Source: an uncultured Solirubrobacterales bacterium
Lineage (GTDB): Bacteria; Actinomycetota; Thermoleophilia; Solirubrobacterales; Solirubrobacteraceae
DNA: 64,000 bases
NCBI GenBank assembly: GCA_963756665.1
Contig: CAVWOJ010000001.1
Span: 2,875,331-2,939,330, forward strand
Direction: 5' to 3'
Position 1 is the first letter of the stretch; each line of letters opens with the position of its first letter. A program made the position numbers and the translations under genes. A model generated the notes under the pieces. The model ran no database searches and was not told where the DNA came from. It saw only the letters and a program-made list of their open reading frames with translations. Of the stretch, positions 17,377 through 27,407 are shown piece after piece.

Positions 17377-20300
17377 ATGAGTAAAAGAGCGATTCCCATC
17401 CTTGCCGGCCTGGTGGTACTGATCTGTGTGGCGAACGCGACATCCGCATTCGCTCAAGGCCCCGTGTGGTCGATGAGCTCCTCGGCGGTACCCGCAGTTC
17501 TACCGCGAGGCGACACGTCAGGCTATGACAGGATCATCTTGCTCGCGTCGAATATGGGGCCGGCAGCTACCGACGGAAGTACGGTCACCATCAGCGATTC
17601 ACTACCGGCCGGGCTGACGGCGACAGGCATGGGGGCGACCGTGGGCGACTTTGCTCGGAATGCACCGGTGTCCTGCTCGACTATGTCGTTGACCTGCACG
17701 ACCTCAGCGTCGATTTTGCCCTATGAAACGATAGAGGTTACTATTACGGTGGATGTCGCCGAAAAGGCACCAGTGAGTGTCGTAAACAGTGCTACGATTT
17801 CAGGTGGCGGGGCCGGGGATGTCTCCTCGTCGCAGGCGGTGGGCGTGAGTAGTACGCCTGTCGGATTTGGCCTTGAAAAGGTCGATCTCGAGGCGACCAA
17901 CGAAGACGGGACGCCCGATACACAGGCTGGATCACATCCCTATCAGCTCACAAGCACCGTCGACCTCAACCAGAACATCGGGGACATCGCAGAACTAGGC
18001 GTCGGTGGTGGTGGGGCTCTGGGGGCTCAGCCGGTGGAGCCGGCGAGGGACGTCCAGTTCGAACTACCACCTGGGCTCATCGGCAACCCAACGGCCTACC
18101 CACAATGCACAAGCCGACAGTTCACGACAAAGGCCGAGGGAAGCGGCACCAATGATTGCCCGGACGATACAGTCATCGGGGTTGCCCGTCTCACTCTGAC
18201 GCTACTCAGCGCGCAGAGCGCCGATGAGGTATTCGTTTCACCGTTGTTCAATCTGGTGCCGAATGTCGGGGAGCCTGCACGGTTCGGCTTTACGGTGCAT
18301 ACGATTCCGGTTTATCTTGACACCTCTGTTCGCACGGGCGGCAACTATGGTATTACGGTTCGTTCCTCCAATATCCCCGAGTCAGTAGGGTTTGATAGTG
18401 CGCAGGTGAGTTTTTGGGGTTCGCCGGGGGATCCGAGCCATGATGCTGAGCGTGGCTGGGATTGTCTTGTGCAGGGCCCTGAAGAACCAGGGTTCGAGCC
18501 GCAAAACTGTGCTCCCCCCAGAGAACGGGTTCCACTGCCGCCATTCTTGACGTTGCCGACGTCGTGTATCGGGGCGTTGACGTCGCTTGTACATGCCGAC
18601 TCGTGGCAGAGCCCCGGGGTGTTCTCCAATGCTACGACGACGATGCATGACGAAGGCGGCAATCAGCTCGGGATGACGGGCTGTAACCGGCTGGATTTCC
18701 GCCCGTCGATCAGTGTCGCCGCGGACGGTACAGCAGCGAACACGCCGACAGGGCTCGGAGTCGATTTGCACGTCAACCAGGAAGAGAGTCTCGTCCCCTC
18801 GGGCCTGGCGGAGGCTGAGGTCAAGAACACGACCGTGGCGCTCCCGGCTGGTGTGGCGCTGAACCCAGGTGCAGCGGACGGGCTGGTGGCATGCGCAGTC
18901 GGAGAGATTGGGCTGGGTAGCCAGGGTGAACAGTTGTGTCCGGATGCGGCGAAGGTCGCGACGGTCAAGATCAAGACGCCGCTACTACCAAACCCACTGA
19001 CGGGCGAGGTGTACTTGGCGGCACAGGACGAAAACCCATTCGGGAGCCTTGTAGCGCTGTATATCGTCGCGCGTGACCCGATATCAGGAGTCCTTGTGAA
19101 GATCCCGGGCCAGGTCGTACCAAACCCAGTTACCGGGCAGCTCGTCGCGACGTTCGTCAACACGCCACAGTTGCCCTTCGAAGACCTCGAACTCGATTTC
19201 TTCGGGTCGGCGAGGGCGCCGCTCAGTACTCCGCCATTGTGCGGGGCATACACGACGCAGGCGTCGATCGAGCCTTGGTCAGGGCAACCCGCGGCGACAC
19301 CTGCTTCGACGTTCGAAATCACCTCGGGTCCGAATGGGACGCCGTGTGCTGATCCGCAGCCGTTTGCGCCGGGGTTCACGGCGGGTACGACGAGTAACCA
19401 GGCCGGGGGGTTCAGCCCATTCACACTCACAATGACACGGCCCGACCAAGACCAGACTCTCAGCGGGATCCAGGTCCACATGCCCCCCGGGCTCCTCGGC
19501 ACCCTCGCAACCGTCAAGCTTTGCCCCGAACCACAAGCCTCCGAGGGCACATGTGACGCGGAAAGCTTGATTGGGCATACGATCGTGAGCGCCGGCCTGG
19601 GCGGTGACCCCTACACCGTGACGGGGGGAAGGATTTACATCACCGGTCCCTACAAGGGCGCGCCGTTTGGGCTGACGATCGTCAACCCCGCTGTTGCCGG
19701 GCCATTCAACCTAGGGACCGTGATCGTGCGCGCCGCGATCAACGTGGATCCGGCGACGGCGGCGCTGACGATCACGACGGACCCGTTGCCGACGATCATC
19801 GACGGGATCCCCTTGCAGCTACAGCATGTGAACGTCAGTATCGACCGTCCCGGGTTCACATTCAACTCCACAAGCTGCAACCCGATGGCGATCAACGCGA
19901 CCCTTTCGAGTAGTAGTGGGCAGAGCGCGGGGGTGTCCTCGTCCTTCCAGGTCACCAACTGCGCGGCGCTCGCGTTCAAGCCGCAGCTAGCGGTCTCGAC
20001 GTCGGGGCGGACCTCCAGAGCAAACGGGGCGAGCCTACTCGTCAAACTCTCCTATCCGGCGGGACCTTACGACGCAAACATCTCAAGCGTCAAAGTTGAA
20101 CTCCCCAAGCGTCTACCGTCACGACTGACGACGCTGCAGAAGGCATGCACCGCGGCGACGTTCAACGCAAACCCGGCTGCGTGTCCCGCGGCGTCGCTGA
20201 TCGGGTATGCCAAGGCGACTACCCCGGTGCTACCCGTTGCGCTGATGGGACCCGCCTATTTCGTCTCCCATGGCGGGGAAGCGTTCCCGAGCCTGATCGT

Positions 20301-20697
20301 CGTCCTCCAGGGCTACGGCGTGCGGGTAGACCTCGTCGGCTCCACATTCATCAGCAAGCAAGGCATTACGAGTAGCACCTTCAAGACCGTCCCAGACGTA
20401 CCAGTCGGCACGTTCCAGCTCTATCTACCCGAGGGGCCCTACTCGGCGCTAGCCGCGAACGGGAACCTCTGCAAGAACACGCTGACGATGCCAACGACAT
20501 TCATCGCGCAAAACGGCGTTGAACTACACCAAGCCAACAAGATCACGGTCACCGGCTGCACAAAGACCAAGAAAGCCAAAAAGGCAAAGAAGGCAACCAA
20601 AGCCAGCAGAGCACAAAAAGCCCATCGAGCGCGAAGAGCGAGCAAAACAGCAAAAGTGAGCGATACCCACACCGGATCCGGGAGGGCAAGTCGATGA
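17377..20697 (+). CDS. Large secreted beta-rich protein with four Cys-patterned repeats and Lys-rich tail (A2)
   Basis: Signal peptide, DUF11-like N-domain (TISDSLPAGLT), four LP.G...C...CP..S.IG units, KKAKKAKK tail; clear paralog at 33591. Confidence 0.8.
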   Translation: MSKRAIPILAGLVVLICVANATSAFAQGPVWSMSSSAVPAVLPRGDTSGYDRIILLASNMGPAATDGSTVTISDSLPAGLTATGMGATVGDFARNAPVSCSTMSLTCTTSASILPYETIEVTITVDVAEKAPVSVVNSATISGGGAGDVSSSQAVGVSSTPVGFGLEKVDLEATNEDGTPDTQAGSHPYQLTSTVDLNQNIGDIAELGVGGGGALGAQPVEPARDVQFELPPGLIGNPTAYPQCTSRQFTTKAEGSGTNDCPDDTVIGVARLTLTLLSAQSADEVFVSPLFNLVPNVGEPARFGFTVHTIPVYLDTSVRTGGNYGITVRSSNIPESVGFDSAQVSFWGSPGDPSHDAERGWDCLVQGPEEPGFEPQNCAPPRERVPLPPFLTLPTSCIGALTSLVHADSWQSPGVFSNATTTMHDEGGNQLGMTGCNRLDFRPSISVAADGTAANTPTGLGVDLHVNQEESLVPSGLAEAEVKNTTVALPAGVALNPGAADGLVACAVGEIGLGSQGEQLCPDAAKVATVKIKTPLLPNPLTGEVYLAAQDENPFGSLVALYIVARDPISGVLVKIPGQVVPNPVTGQLVATFVNTPQLPFEDLELDFFGSARAPLSTPPLCGAYTTQASIEPWSGQPAATPASTFEITSGPNGTPCADPQPFAPGFTAGTTSNQAGGFSPFTLTMTRPDQDQTLSGIQVHMPPGLLGTLATVKLCPEPQASEGTCDAESLIGHTIVSAGLGGDPYTVTGGRIYITGPYKGAPFGLTIVNPAVAGPFNLGTVIVRAAINVDPATAALTITTDPLPTIIDGIPLQLQHVNVSIDRPGFTFNSTSCNPMAINATLSSSSGQSAGVSSSFQVTNCAALAFKPQLAVSTSGRTSRANGASLLVKLSYPAGPYDANISSVKVELPKRLPSRLTTLQKACTAATFNANPAACPAASLIGYAKATTPVLPVALMGPAYFVSHGGEAFPSLIVVLQGYGVRVDLVGSTFISKQGITSSTFKTVPDVPVGTFQLYLPEGPYSALAANGNLCKNTLTMPTTFIAQNGVELHQANKITVTGCTKTKKAKKAKKATKASRAQKAHRARRASKTAKVSDTHTGSGRASR

Positions 20698-22769
20698 GCG
20701 CCTGCAGGCAGATCACCAGTACCCTGGCGGCACTAGCTGTCCTGGGAGGTGCACTCGGGCTCTCATCCGCCCAGGCGTCCGCCAAGACCATCTACCAGTA
20801 CGCCTCTCAGCTCACCGCACCGCCAGGCGGCTTCAATAATTCGCTCGGTCTGGCGGTCGATGATTCGGTCAGCGCGTCGGATCCTTCGGCGGGTGACGTT
20901 TACGTGGCCAATGGCTTCGCCCCCGAAGAAAACCGTGGTGTCTACAAGTTCGATTCCTCCGGTGGTTATATCGCTGCGCTTACGGGACCCCCAGGCGGGT
21001 TCGTAAATCCCAATGCTGTCGCCGTCGGGCCCGACGGCACGGTCTACGTAGCCGACGTTGGGGCGAAAGTCGTCGATGTATTCAACAGCTCCGGCTCATA
21101 TCTATCGCAACTGACGGGATTCACAAAACCCGGGGCGGTCGCTGTGGATGACTCGACAAGCAAAGCAGACCCCTCTGCCGGTAGCATCTACGTTGCCGAT
21201 CGGGGAGCGGATGCGGTGGATAAGTTCAACCCTGCTGGCGAAGCACAGGCGCCGCTGCCGGAACCCCCCGGTGGCTTTCTCTCACCCACCGGGGTAGCGG
21301 TCGACCCGAACGGGAGCGTGTACGTCAGCGATCCTGGGGGGGTCACGGTCGACAAGTTCAGCGCTGGCGGCGATTATGTCTCGCAGTTGGCAGGTCCGCC
21401 TGGGGGCTTTGGTGAATTCGCCATCGCTGGTGTTGCGAGTGACCCGGCGGGTGACGTGTTCGTCGCGGATGATCCCGAAGGCGCCGCGAATGTCGTCGAT
21501 GGGTTCGACGCCTCGGGGACCTTTCAGCCGGCGCTGACGCTGACAGGACCTCCCGGCGGCTTCGGACGAGCCGAGAATATTGCCGCCGACGCTGCCGGCG
21601 AGGTATACGTGGCCGATGTCGGAGCCGAACCGATTGCCGTCGATTTATTCCGTCGGCTCACACTCCCTGATCTCACGACGAGTGAACCCGCGGGTATCAC
21701 CGCGACATCCGCGACGCTGCAGGGTACCGTCAACCCACTCGGTACCGCGGGGGCGTCGTACTACTTCCAGTACGGCGCCGAAGCGACTTACGGGCAGCAG
21801 AGCCCGGCCGCGCCAGGCACGTCGGTCTCCGGCACTAGCTCGCAGCCGGCGAGCACTACGCTTACGGGGCTGATACCGAACAGCACCTACCATTACCGGC
21901 TGGATGCGACCAATGACACAGGCCTCCTCAATGAAGGGCCGGATGAAACATTCACGACGCTCGCCGTCCCGCCAGCAATCCTCGCGCAGCAACCGACTGT
22001 TGAAAGCGTGAGCCATACAAGTGTTGTGGTCTCTGGGTCGCTGAACCCGGAGAACGCGCCGACGTTCTACCACTTCGCCTACGGTCCGACTGCTAGCTAC
22101 GGCGCTGAAGGACCCGAACTCGAGGGTGGCTACAGCTACGGTCAGAAGACCGTCAGCCAGCTCCTTGCTGGTCTTGAACCCGACACGACCTACCACTACG
22201 CGCTCGTAGCGACGAACAAGGCCGGTACTGTCACCGGCCCCGACCAGACCTTTACAACGAGCGCGCCGACGCCACCCACCCTGGAAACGGGCGGCGTGAG
22301 CGAAATCACGCAGACGACCGCGACGATCACCGGCACGATCGACCTCTATGGTGAGATCACCAGAGCCTACGGGTTTGACCTCGGGATCGATACCAACTAC
22401 ACCCAGGCCTACGTGGTAGGGCACGCCGAAGCCAACCAAACGAGTACCCAAACGATCACCCAGCAACTCCAAGGCCTCCAGCCGGCCACGACCTACCACT
22501 ACCGGCTATTCGCGACGAACACCGACGGCACCACCCACAGCGTCGACGGGACATTCACCACCCAGGGACCACCAAACCCCTCGGGCGTGCTGGACATCCT
22601 TGTCGTACCCCCCGCCGCACCACTGATCGCTACCACACCGATCGCGTTCCCTGGCGAACCAACAACAAGCCACGCCGTCCCAAAGAGACACACCAAGAAA
22701 AAGACGACAAAGAAAAAGACACAGAAGATCAAGAAGAAACCAAGGAAGAGACCCAGGAAGAAGAAGTAA
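20694..22769 (+). CDS. Secreted NHL-repeat (PPGGF) plus 3 FN3-like protein with Lys-rich tail (A3)
   Basis: Signal peptide, repeated GPPGGF...AVD..G.VYVAD...V.KF, three T.YHY.L.ATN FN3-like units, poly-Lys C-terminus; ATGA overlap with A2. Confidence 0.8.
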   Translation: MSACRQITSTLAALAVLGGALGLSSAQASAKTIYQYASQLTAPPGGFNNSLGLAVDDSVSASDPSAGDVYVANGFAPEENRGVYKFDSSGGYIAALTGPPGGFVNPNAVAVGPDGTVYVADVGAKVVDVFNSSGSYLSQLTGFTKPGAVAVDDSTSKADPSAGSIYVADRGADAVDKFNPAGEAQAPLPEPPGGFLSPTGVAVDPNGSVYVSDPGGVTVDKFSAGGDYVSQLAGPPGGFGEFAIAGVASDPAGDVFVADDPEGAANVVDGFDASGTFQPALTLTGPPGGFGRAENIAADAAGEVYVADVGAEPIAVDLFRRLTLPDLTTSEPAGITATSATLQGTVNPLGTAGASYYFQYGAEATYGQQSPAAPGTSVSGTSSQPASTTLTGLIPNSTYHYRLDATNDTGLLNEGPDETFTTLAVPPAILAQQPTVESVSHTSVVVSGSLNPENAPTFYHFAYGPTASYGAEGPELEGGYSYGQKTVSQLLAGLEPDTTYHYALVATNKAGTVTGPDQTFTTSAPTPPTLETGGVSEITQTTATITGTIDLYGEITRAYGFDLGIDTNYTQAYVVGHAEANQTSTQTITQQLQGLQPATTYHYRLFATNTDGTTHSVDGTFTTQGPPNPSGVLDILVVPPAAPLIATTPIAFPGEPTTSHAVPKRHTKKKTTKKKTQKIKKKPRKRPRKKK

Positions 22770-22807
22770 GGGCATGGCATCGAGCGTGATGCCGCGGGCC
22801 CGGGAGA

Positions 22808-22875
22808 GACTGGCTCCCCCGACCGACTGAGCTCCCGCGACCGACTGAGCTCCCGCGACCGACTGGGCTCGCGCG
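22808..22875. repeat. ~3.5 x 18-bp intergenic tandem repeat (gactgagctcccgcgacc)
   Basis: Two exact units at 22825-22860 flanked by degenerate units, between cassette A and the convergent epimerase. Confidence 0.85.
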
Positions 22876-22919
22876 TGGGTGTTGCTCTGAGCCAGCGCTT
22901 CAGGGTCGCTTGTGGCGAC

Positions 22920-23903
22920 TCACCCTACGAGCGGTGTACTCTGAGCCTGTGCTTCGCGCTCGCGTAGCCACTCCACGGTTGCAGCGATCCCGTCCTCGAC
23001 CTCGATCTGGGCCTCCCAGCCGAGCAGCTGCCGGGCCTTCTCGACCGAAGGCCAGCGGCGCGGGACATCGACGGTGAAGCTCGGCAGGTGCTCCAAGGCG
23101 AATGCCTGGGGGTCCTGGCCGCAGGCCTCCCACACGATCCGGGCGATCTCAGCCACTGTCAGCTCGCGGGCGGCGGAGATGTTGAAATCCTCATTCAAGC
23201 CCGCCGCGGCGCCCATCGCGGTGACCACGCCGTCAGCGATGTCATCGACGTGGGTCAGCGTGCGGGTCTGCTCGCCCGAGCCGAAGATCTGCAGCGGGCG
23301 CTGCCCCGCGAGCACCTTCTTGATCAGATCCGGCACCGCGTGTGCAATACCAGGCTCCGCATCCGGGACCTCCCCGGGGCCGTAAGCGTTGAAGGGGCGG
23401 CAGATCGTGTAGGGCAGGCCGTGCTCCGCGTGGGCCGCACGGCAGTAGACCTCGCCGGTGAGCTTGGAGAAGCCGTAGGCCGACTCCGGCGTGGGGCAGT
23501 CCGGCAGGTGGGCCTCGGTCGTCGGGAACTCCGTGGCGCGCTCGAAGACCATCGAGGAGGAGACGTAGGTGAAGCGCTCCACCTCCTCTTCCAGCGCCGC
23601 GCGGATCACGGCGTTGTAGAGGGCGTTGTTGACCTCCGTGAGGGTATGCGGGAGGCGGTGGAAGTTCGCGATTCCTCCCACGATCGCCGCGAGGTGGATC
23701 ACCTGCGCGCAGCCGCTAGTTGCGCGACGGGCCTCCGGGAGGGAGCGCAGGTCGCCGGTGTGGACCTCGCAGCCCTCACGCATCCACTGCGGCGCCGGCC
23801 GCTGGTCGGAGACTCGCACCTCGTATCTCGGATCCGCCAGCAGGCGGCGAACTACCGCTGCGCCAATCGTCCCGGCGCCGCCTGTCACCAGCACGCGGCT
23901 CAT
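22920..23903 (-). CDS. NAD-dependent epimerase/dehydratase
   Basis: VTGGAGTIG, YGFSK and RPFNAYGP motifs; ATG at 23903 overlaps the upstream stop. Confidence 0.92.
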   Translation of the reverse strand: MSRVLVTGGAGTIGAAVVRRLLADPRYEVRVSDQRPAPQWMREGCEVHTGDLRSLPEARRATSGCAQVIHLAAIVGGIANFHRLPHTLTEVNNALYNAVIRAALEEEVERFTYVSSSMVFERATEFPTTEAHLPDCPTPESAYGFSKLTGEVYCRAAHAEHGLPYTICRPFNAYGPGEVPDAEPGIAHAVPDLIKKVLAGQRPLQIFGSGEQTRTLTHVDDIADGVVTAMGAAAGLNEDFNISAARELTVAEIARIVWEACGQDPQAFALEHLPSFTVDVPRRWPSVEKARQLLGWEAQIEVEDGIAATVEWLREREAQAQSTPLVG

Positions 23904-25282
23904 GCCTTGGGTGCTCCCAGGATGGCCAGCTCCGAGGCGTACGCGAAGACCTGGCCGGCACCCCAGCAGTTCCAAGGGTCGACCACCAAGCAGTCGTCCG
24001 CGGCCCCGGCTGCGATCGCAGCGAGCGTCTGGGGGTCGCGGAACTCTGAATGGTTGGCCGCCACCACCACCGCGGCGGCGTCCTCGACGGCCTGCTCGAA
24101 GGAAACCGTGGGGGTCGGCACGTGCAGGTCGTGGACCGCGACGTCGGCCAGCTCGCGCTCCAAGAGGCGCACGAGCTTGTGCGCCAGGGAGTCGCGCTCG
24201 TCGTCGGTGTCGGCCTTGAACGCCAAGCCCAGCACGGCGACCTTGCGGCCCGAAAGCGACCCCAACCGGCGACGCAACCCTTCCACCAGGAACAGCGGAA
24301 CCGACTCGTTGACGCGTGAGACCGCGAGCAACATCCCCGGCGCGTTGGAGCGCTCCTCGGAGAAGGCGAAGTCCTTGCGCAGACATGTTCCACCCGTCAG
24401 CCCCGGCTGGGCGATCCCACCGCGGGGGTAGTCCCGGTTGATCAGGTCGATCACCTCGAACACGTTCGCCCCATGGCGCTCGCAATCCATCATCAGCAGG
24501 TTGGGCAGCGCGAAGTTGGTGTAGCGCAGGATGTTCGCCCAGATCTTTGCGAGCTCGGCCTGCGCGGGCGTGGTCTGCACGATTGGGGCCTCGAACACTC
24601 CGAACAGCTCCGCCGCGACCTCTCCGGAGCGGGAGCCCACGCCGCCGATGATGCACGGCAGCGTGTCGATCTCCTCCAAGAAGCGCCCTGCCGCGATGCG
24701 CTCGGGGGCATGCGCGACGAACACCTCCTCCCCGATCTGAAAGCCGCGGTGCTTGGCAAGGTAGCCGGCCACGAACTCCGTGGTCCCCGGGGCCACGGTG
24801 GAGCGCAGCACGAGCGAGTGGCCCGGGGCCAGGACCCCCAGCAGGTCGTCCAGCGCCGAGCGGATGTCGCGCATGTCGATCTCGATGTGCGAGAAAGAGG
24901 GTGTTCCGAGCGTGATCACGATGTGTCGCGCCCGCGCCGCGTCGGCCACGCGCTCGGAGAGCTCCAGGCGGCCGGTGGGGTCGCCACCGGGTGGCGGTTG
25001 CCCGCCGTTGTGGGCCTGCTCCGGGCTGGGATCTTGCTTGCCGCGGCGAGCCTGCTTGCTCTCGGGAGCTCGCTCCTGGACGCCGTGGACTCGGTCGAGC
25101 AGCTCCTGGGCCCCGGTCTCCTGGAAGGGCATCGTCCCCTCCCGCACCGCGGTCAGGCGTGTGGGGTCGTTGTCGATTCCGATCACCCGCAGGCCGCGGT
25201 CGGCAAACGACAGCGCGAGCGGGAGCCCGACGCGGCCGAGGCCCACGACGGACACGTCGGCGGTGTGCTGCGGGGAATGCAT
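23900..25282 (-). CDS. Nucleotide-sugar (UDP-HexNAc) 6-dehydrogenase, WecC/WbpA-like
   Basis: GLGRVGLP, RSTVAPGTT, PERIAAG, GGTCLRKD and LGLAFKADTDD.R.S motifs; ATG at 25282 lies 7 nt after TAATCT. Confidence 0.92.
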   Translation of the reverse strand: MHSPQHTADVSVVGLGRVGLPLALSFADRGLRVIGIDNDPTRLTAVREGTMPFQETGAQELLDRVHGVQERAPESKQARRGKQDPSPEQAHNGGQPPPGGDPTGRLELSERVADAARARHIVITLGTPSFSHIEIDMRDIRSALDDLLGVLAPGHSLVLRSTVAPGTTEFVAGYLAKHRGFQIGEEVFVAHAPERIAAGRFLEEIDTLPCIIGGVGSRSGEVAAELFGVFEAPIVQTTPAQAELAKIWANILRYTNFALPNLLMMDCERHGANVFEVIDLINRDYPRGGIAQPGLTGGTCLRKDFAFSEERSNAPGMLLAVSRVNESVPLFLVEGLRRRLGSLSGRKVAVLGLAFKADTDDERDSLAHKLVRLLERELADVAVHDLHVPTPTVSFEQAVEDAAAVVVAANHSEFRDPQTLAAIAAGAADDCLVVDPWNCWGAGQVFAYASELAILGAPKA

Positions 25283-25350
25283 GGCGAGGAGATTAGCGAG
25301 AGCCGGTTGGGTCAAACGGCGCTAAACGACTCTGGTCCAGGTAGTTCTGG

Positions 25351-26130
25351 CTAATCTGACCTGCGGCCCAAGTGCCGCTCGCGCGCGTACTGCCGTGCGA
25401 AGCCGGCTACGAAGCGAGGGTTGTAGCGTGCATAACGCCGCCACAGCCGCCGCGGCTCGCGCGCCAAGCGGTAGGTCCACTCCAGGCCGTTGCGCCCCAT
25501 CCACGGTGGGGCCTGCTGGACGAGGCCCGCGTGAAAGTCGAACGCCGCGCCCACCCCCACCAGCAGCGGCGCGCGCAGGCGGGGGCGCATACGGTGCATC
25601 CACAGCTCCTGCTTGGGCTGTCCGGTGCCGACCCACACGACCTGCGCGCCCGAGTCCTCGATCGCCGCGATCGCGCGCTCCTCCTCAACCTTCGCTAGGG
25701 CTCGAAACGGCGGTGAGTAGCCGCCCGCGATCCGCAGACCCGGGAAACGAGCGCGCAGGCGCTCTTCGAGCAGCTCCAGCGCCGCTGGGGTGCGCCCGCC
25801 GTAGAGGTAGATCGGAGTGCCCGCGCGCGCGGCTCGCGCGCAGTAATGCGCCATCAGATCCGGGCCATAGACGCGCGTCGCCCGCGCGTGCCCGAGCGCT
25901 TTCAGCGCCCACACGAGTGGTTGTCCGTCGGGCACCGCCAGCGTCGCGCCCAGCACCGCCGCATGTGTCGCCGGGTCCTCGCGCGCGCTCATCACGAGGT
26001 TCACGGCAGCCGCCGTGAGGTAGCCGCGCCCGTCCGCGGCGATCGTCGCGTCCATCCAGTCCATGACGCCCTCGTAGTCGGAGATCGCCAGCGGGATGCC
26101 GAGGATCTCCGCGCGGGGCGGGAGCGACAG
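25351..26130 (-). CDS. WecB/TagA/CpsF-family glycosyltransferase; true start uncertain (possible frameshift)
   Basis: PDGQPLVW, RVYGPDL, G.PKQE.W, GVGAAFDF and GLEW.YRL..EPRRLWRRY motifs; conserved-looking PRAEILGIPL lies upstream of the first in-frame ATG (26064). Confidence 0.85.
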   Translation of the reverse strand: MSLPPRAEILGIPLAISDYEGVMDWMDATIAADGRGYLTAAAVNLVMSAREDPATHAAVLGATLAVPDGQPLVWALKALGHARATRVYGPDLMAHYCARAARAGTPIYLYGGRTPAALELLEERLRARFPGLRIAGGYSPPFRALAKVEEERAIAAIEDSGAQVVWVGTGQPKQELWMHRMRPRLRAPLLVGVGAAFDFHAGLVQQAPPWMGRNGLEWTYRLAREPRRLWRRYARYNPRFVAGFARQYARERHLGRRSD

Positions 26131-26326
26131 GGTCGTAGATGTCGGGGATGGCGCGATTCGGTGAAGATACCGGCGTCGTGGGCGCCATCGGTGGCGGCCG
26201 GTAAGAGACAGTCAGCTGCGACAGAAGCGCCAGACATCGACACTATGTGCCCGTAGGCCGCCCAATCGACGCTCGCACGCGATACCGAGCCGATGGGGGT
26301 GAATTCCAGGTATACGATGGCCGCCG

Positions 26327-27289
26327 ATGCCAGCCGACGGTCGGGCCTCCCTCGCGATGTCAAGTGTCGAAGCTCCAGATCGCACCTCCTGCCCGGTGTG
26401 CGGCGGGGAGCTGGGCGTCCCACTGCTGGTCTCTCCCGATCGCTTCCACGCGACTCCCGGAACCTTCTCGGTTGCACGATGCGAGTCCTGCCGCGTTGGC
26501 GTCACGCTCCCGACCGTGGGGTCCGATGAGCTTGCCGCCCTCTATCCGAGGACCTACGCCGCCTACGGTCTGCCAACGGGCGTGCAGGGCCACCTATCCG
26601 CTGCCATCCAGCGCCTACAGGCTCGGCAGGCGCTGCGTACCGCTCCGCTGCGGCTGCTCGCGGACCTCCCCGCCGGTCGGCTGCTGGACGTCGGCTGCGG
26701 GCGTGGGGATCTCGGTGCTTGGCTGATAGAGCGGGACTGGGAGGTCAGTGGGGTAGAGCCCTCGCTAGAGGCCTGCGCCGTGGCACGCAGGCGAGGTGTG
26801 GATGCGTGCGCCGGCACGCTCGCCGAGGTGGAGGTCACGCCGCGGTCTTACGATGCGGCTGTGTTCCGGCAGTCGCTGGAGCACGTGCTCGATCCCGTGG
26901 CCGATCTACGTAGCGTGCATAGGGCACTGCGCGAGAGCGGCGTCTTGATCATCAGCGTGCCCAACTTTGGCTGCTGGCAACGCCGTCAATTCGGTGGCGC
27001 CTGGTGTCCTCTCGATCTTCCGCGTCATCGGCATCACTTTGATGCCGATTCGCTGCGCGCAACGCTTGAGCGGGCAGGGTTTGCGCGCATCCGCACCTGC
27101 ACCTCTACGAGCACCATCGGCTTGCCGGCTTCAATCCAGTACGCGATCGCCGGTCGCTGTCTCTTCCCAGAGGGGCTCCGCTTGCGGGTGGCGGTCGCGG
27201 CGTGTGCTCTCGTTGGGCCCCTGGCATGGCTCCTGGATCGTCTGAGCGGTGGTGGCGACGTGCTGCACGCCGTCGCCTACAAGGAGTAG
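26327..27289 (+). CDS. Class I SAM methyltransferase with N-terminal CxxC motifs
   Basis: CPVC and CESC motifs, LLDVGCGRG, QSLEHV.DP, SVPN; TACGAT 8 nt before the ATG. Confidence 0.88.
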   Translation: MPADGRASLAMSSVEAPDRTSCPVCGGELGVPLLVSPDRFHATPGTFSVARCESCRVGVTLPTVGSDELAALYPRTYAAYGLPTGVQGHLSAAIQRLQARQALRTAPLRLLADLPAGRLLDVGCGRGDLGAWLIERDWEVSGVEPSLEACAVARRRGVDACAGTLAEVEVTPRSYDAAVFRQSLEHVLDPVADLRSVHRALRESGVLIISVPNFGCWQRRQFGGAWCPLDLPRHRHHFDADSLRATLERAGFARIRTCTSTSTIGLPASIQYAIAGRCLFPEGLRLRVAVAACALVGPLAWLLDRLSGGGDVLHAVAYKE

Positions 27290-27407
27290 AGGCGGGGCCG
27301 GTTAGCTGGACAGTCTGACCAAATCACTCGGGCAGCCATCAGACAATTGTCGACTGGAGCGGACAATTCGACCAAGTCGCACTTTAGTTTCGTAAGCTCT
27401 CCGGGCA

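Noticed and set aside
22776-22793. GGCATC-N6-GATGCC hairpin as the terminator of cassette A
   Set aside because: The stem is only 6 bp, there is no U-tract, and it is not conserved as a stem in copy B.
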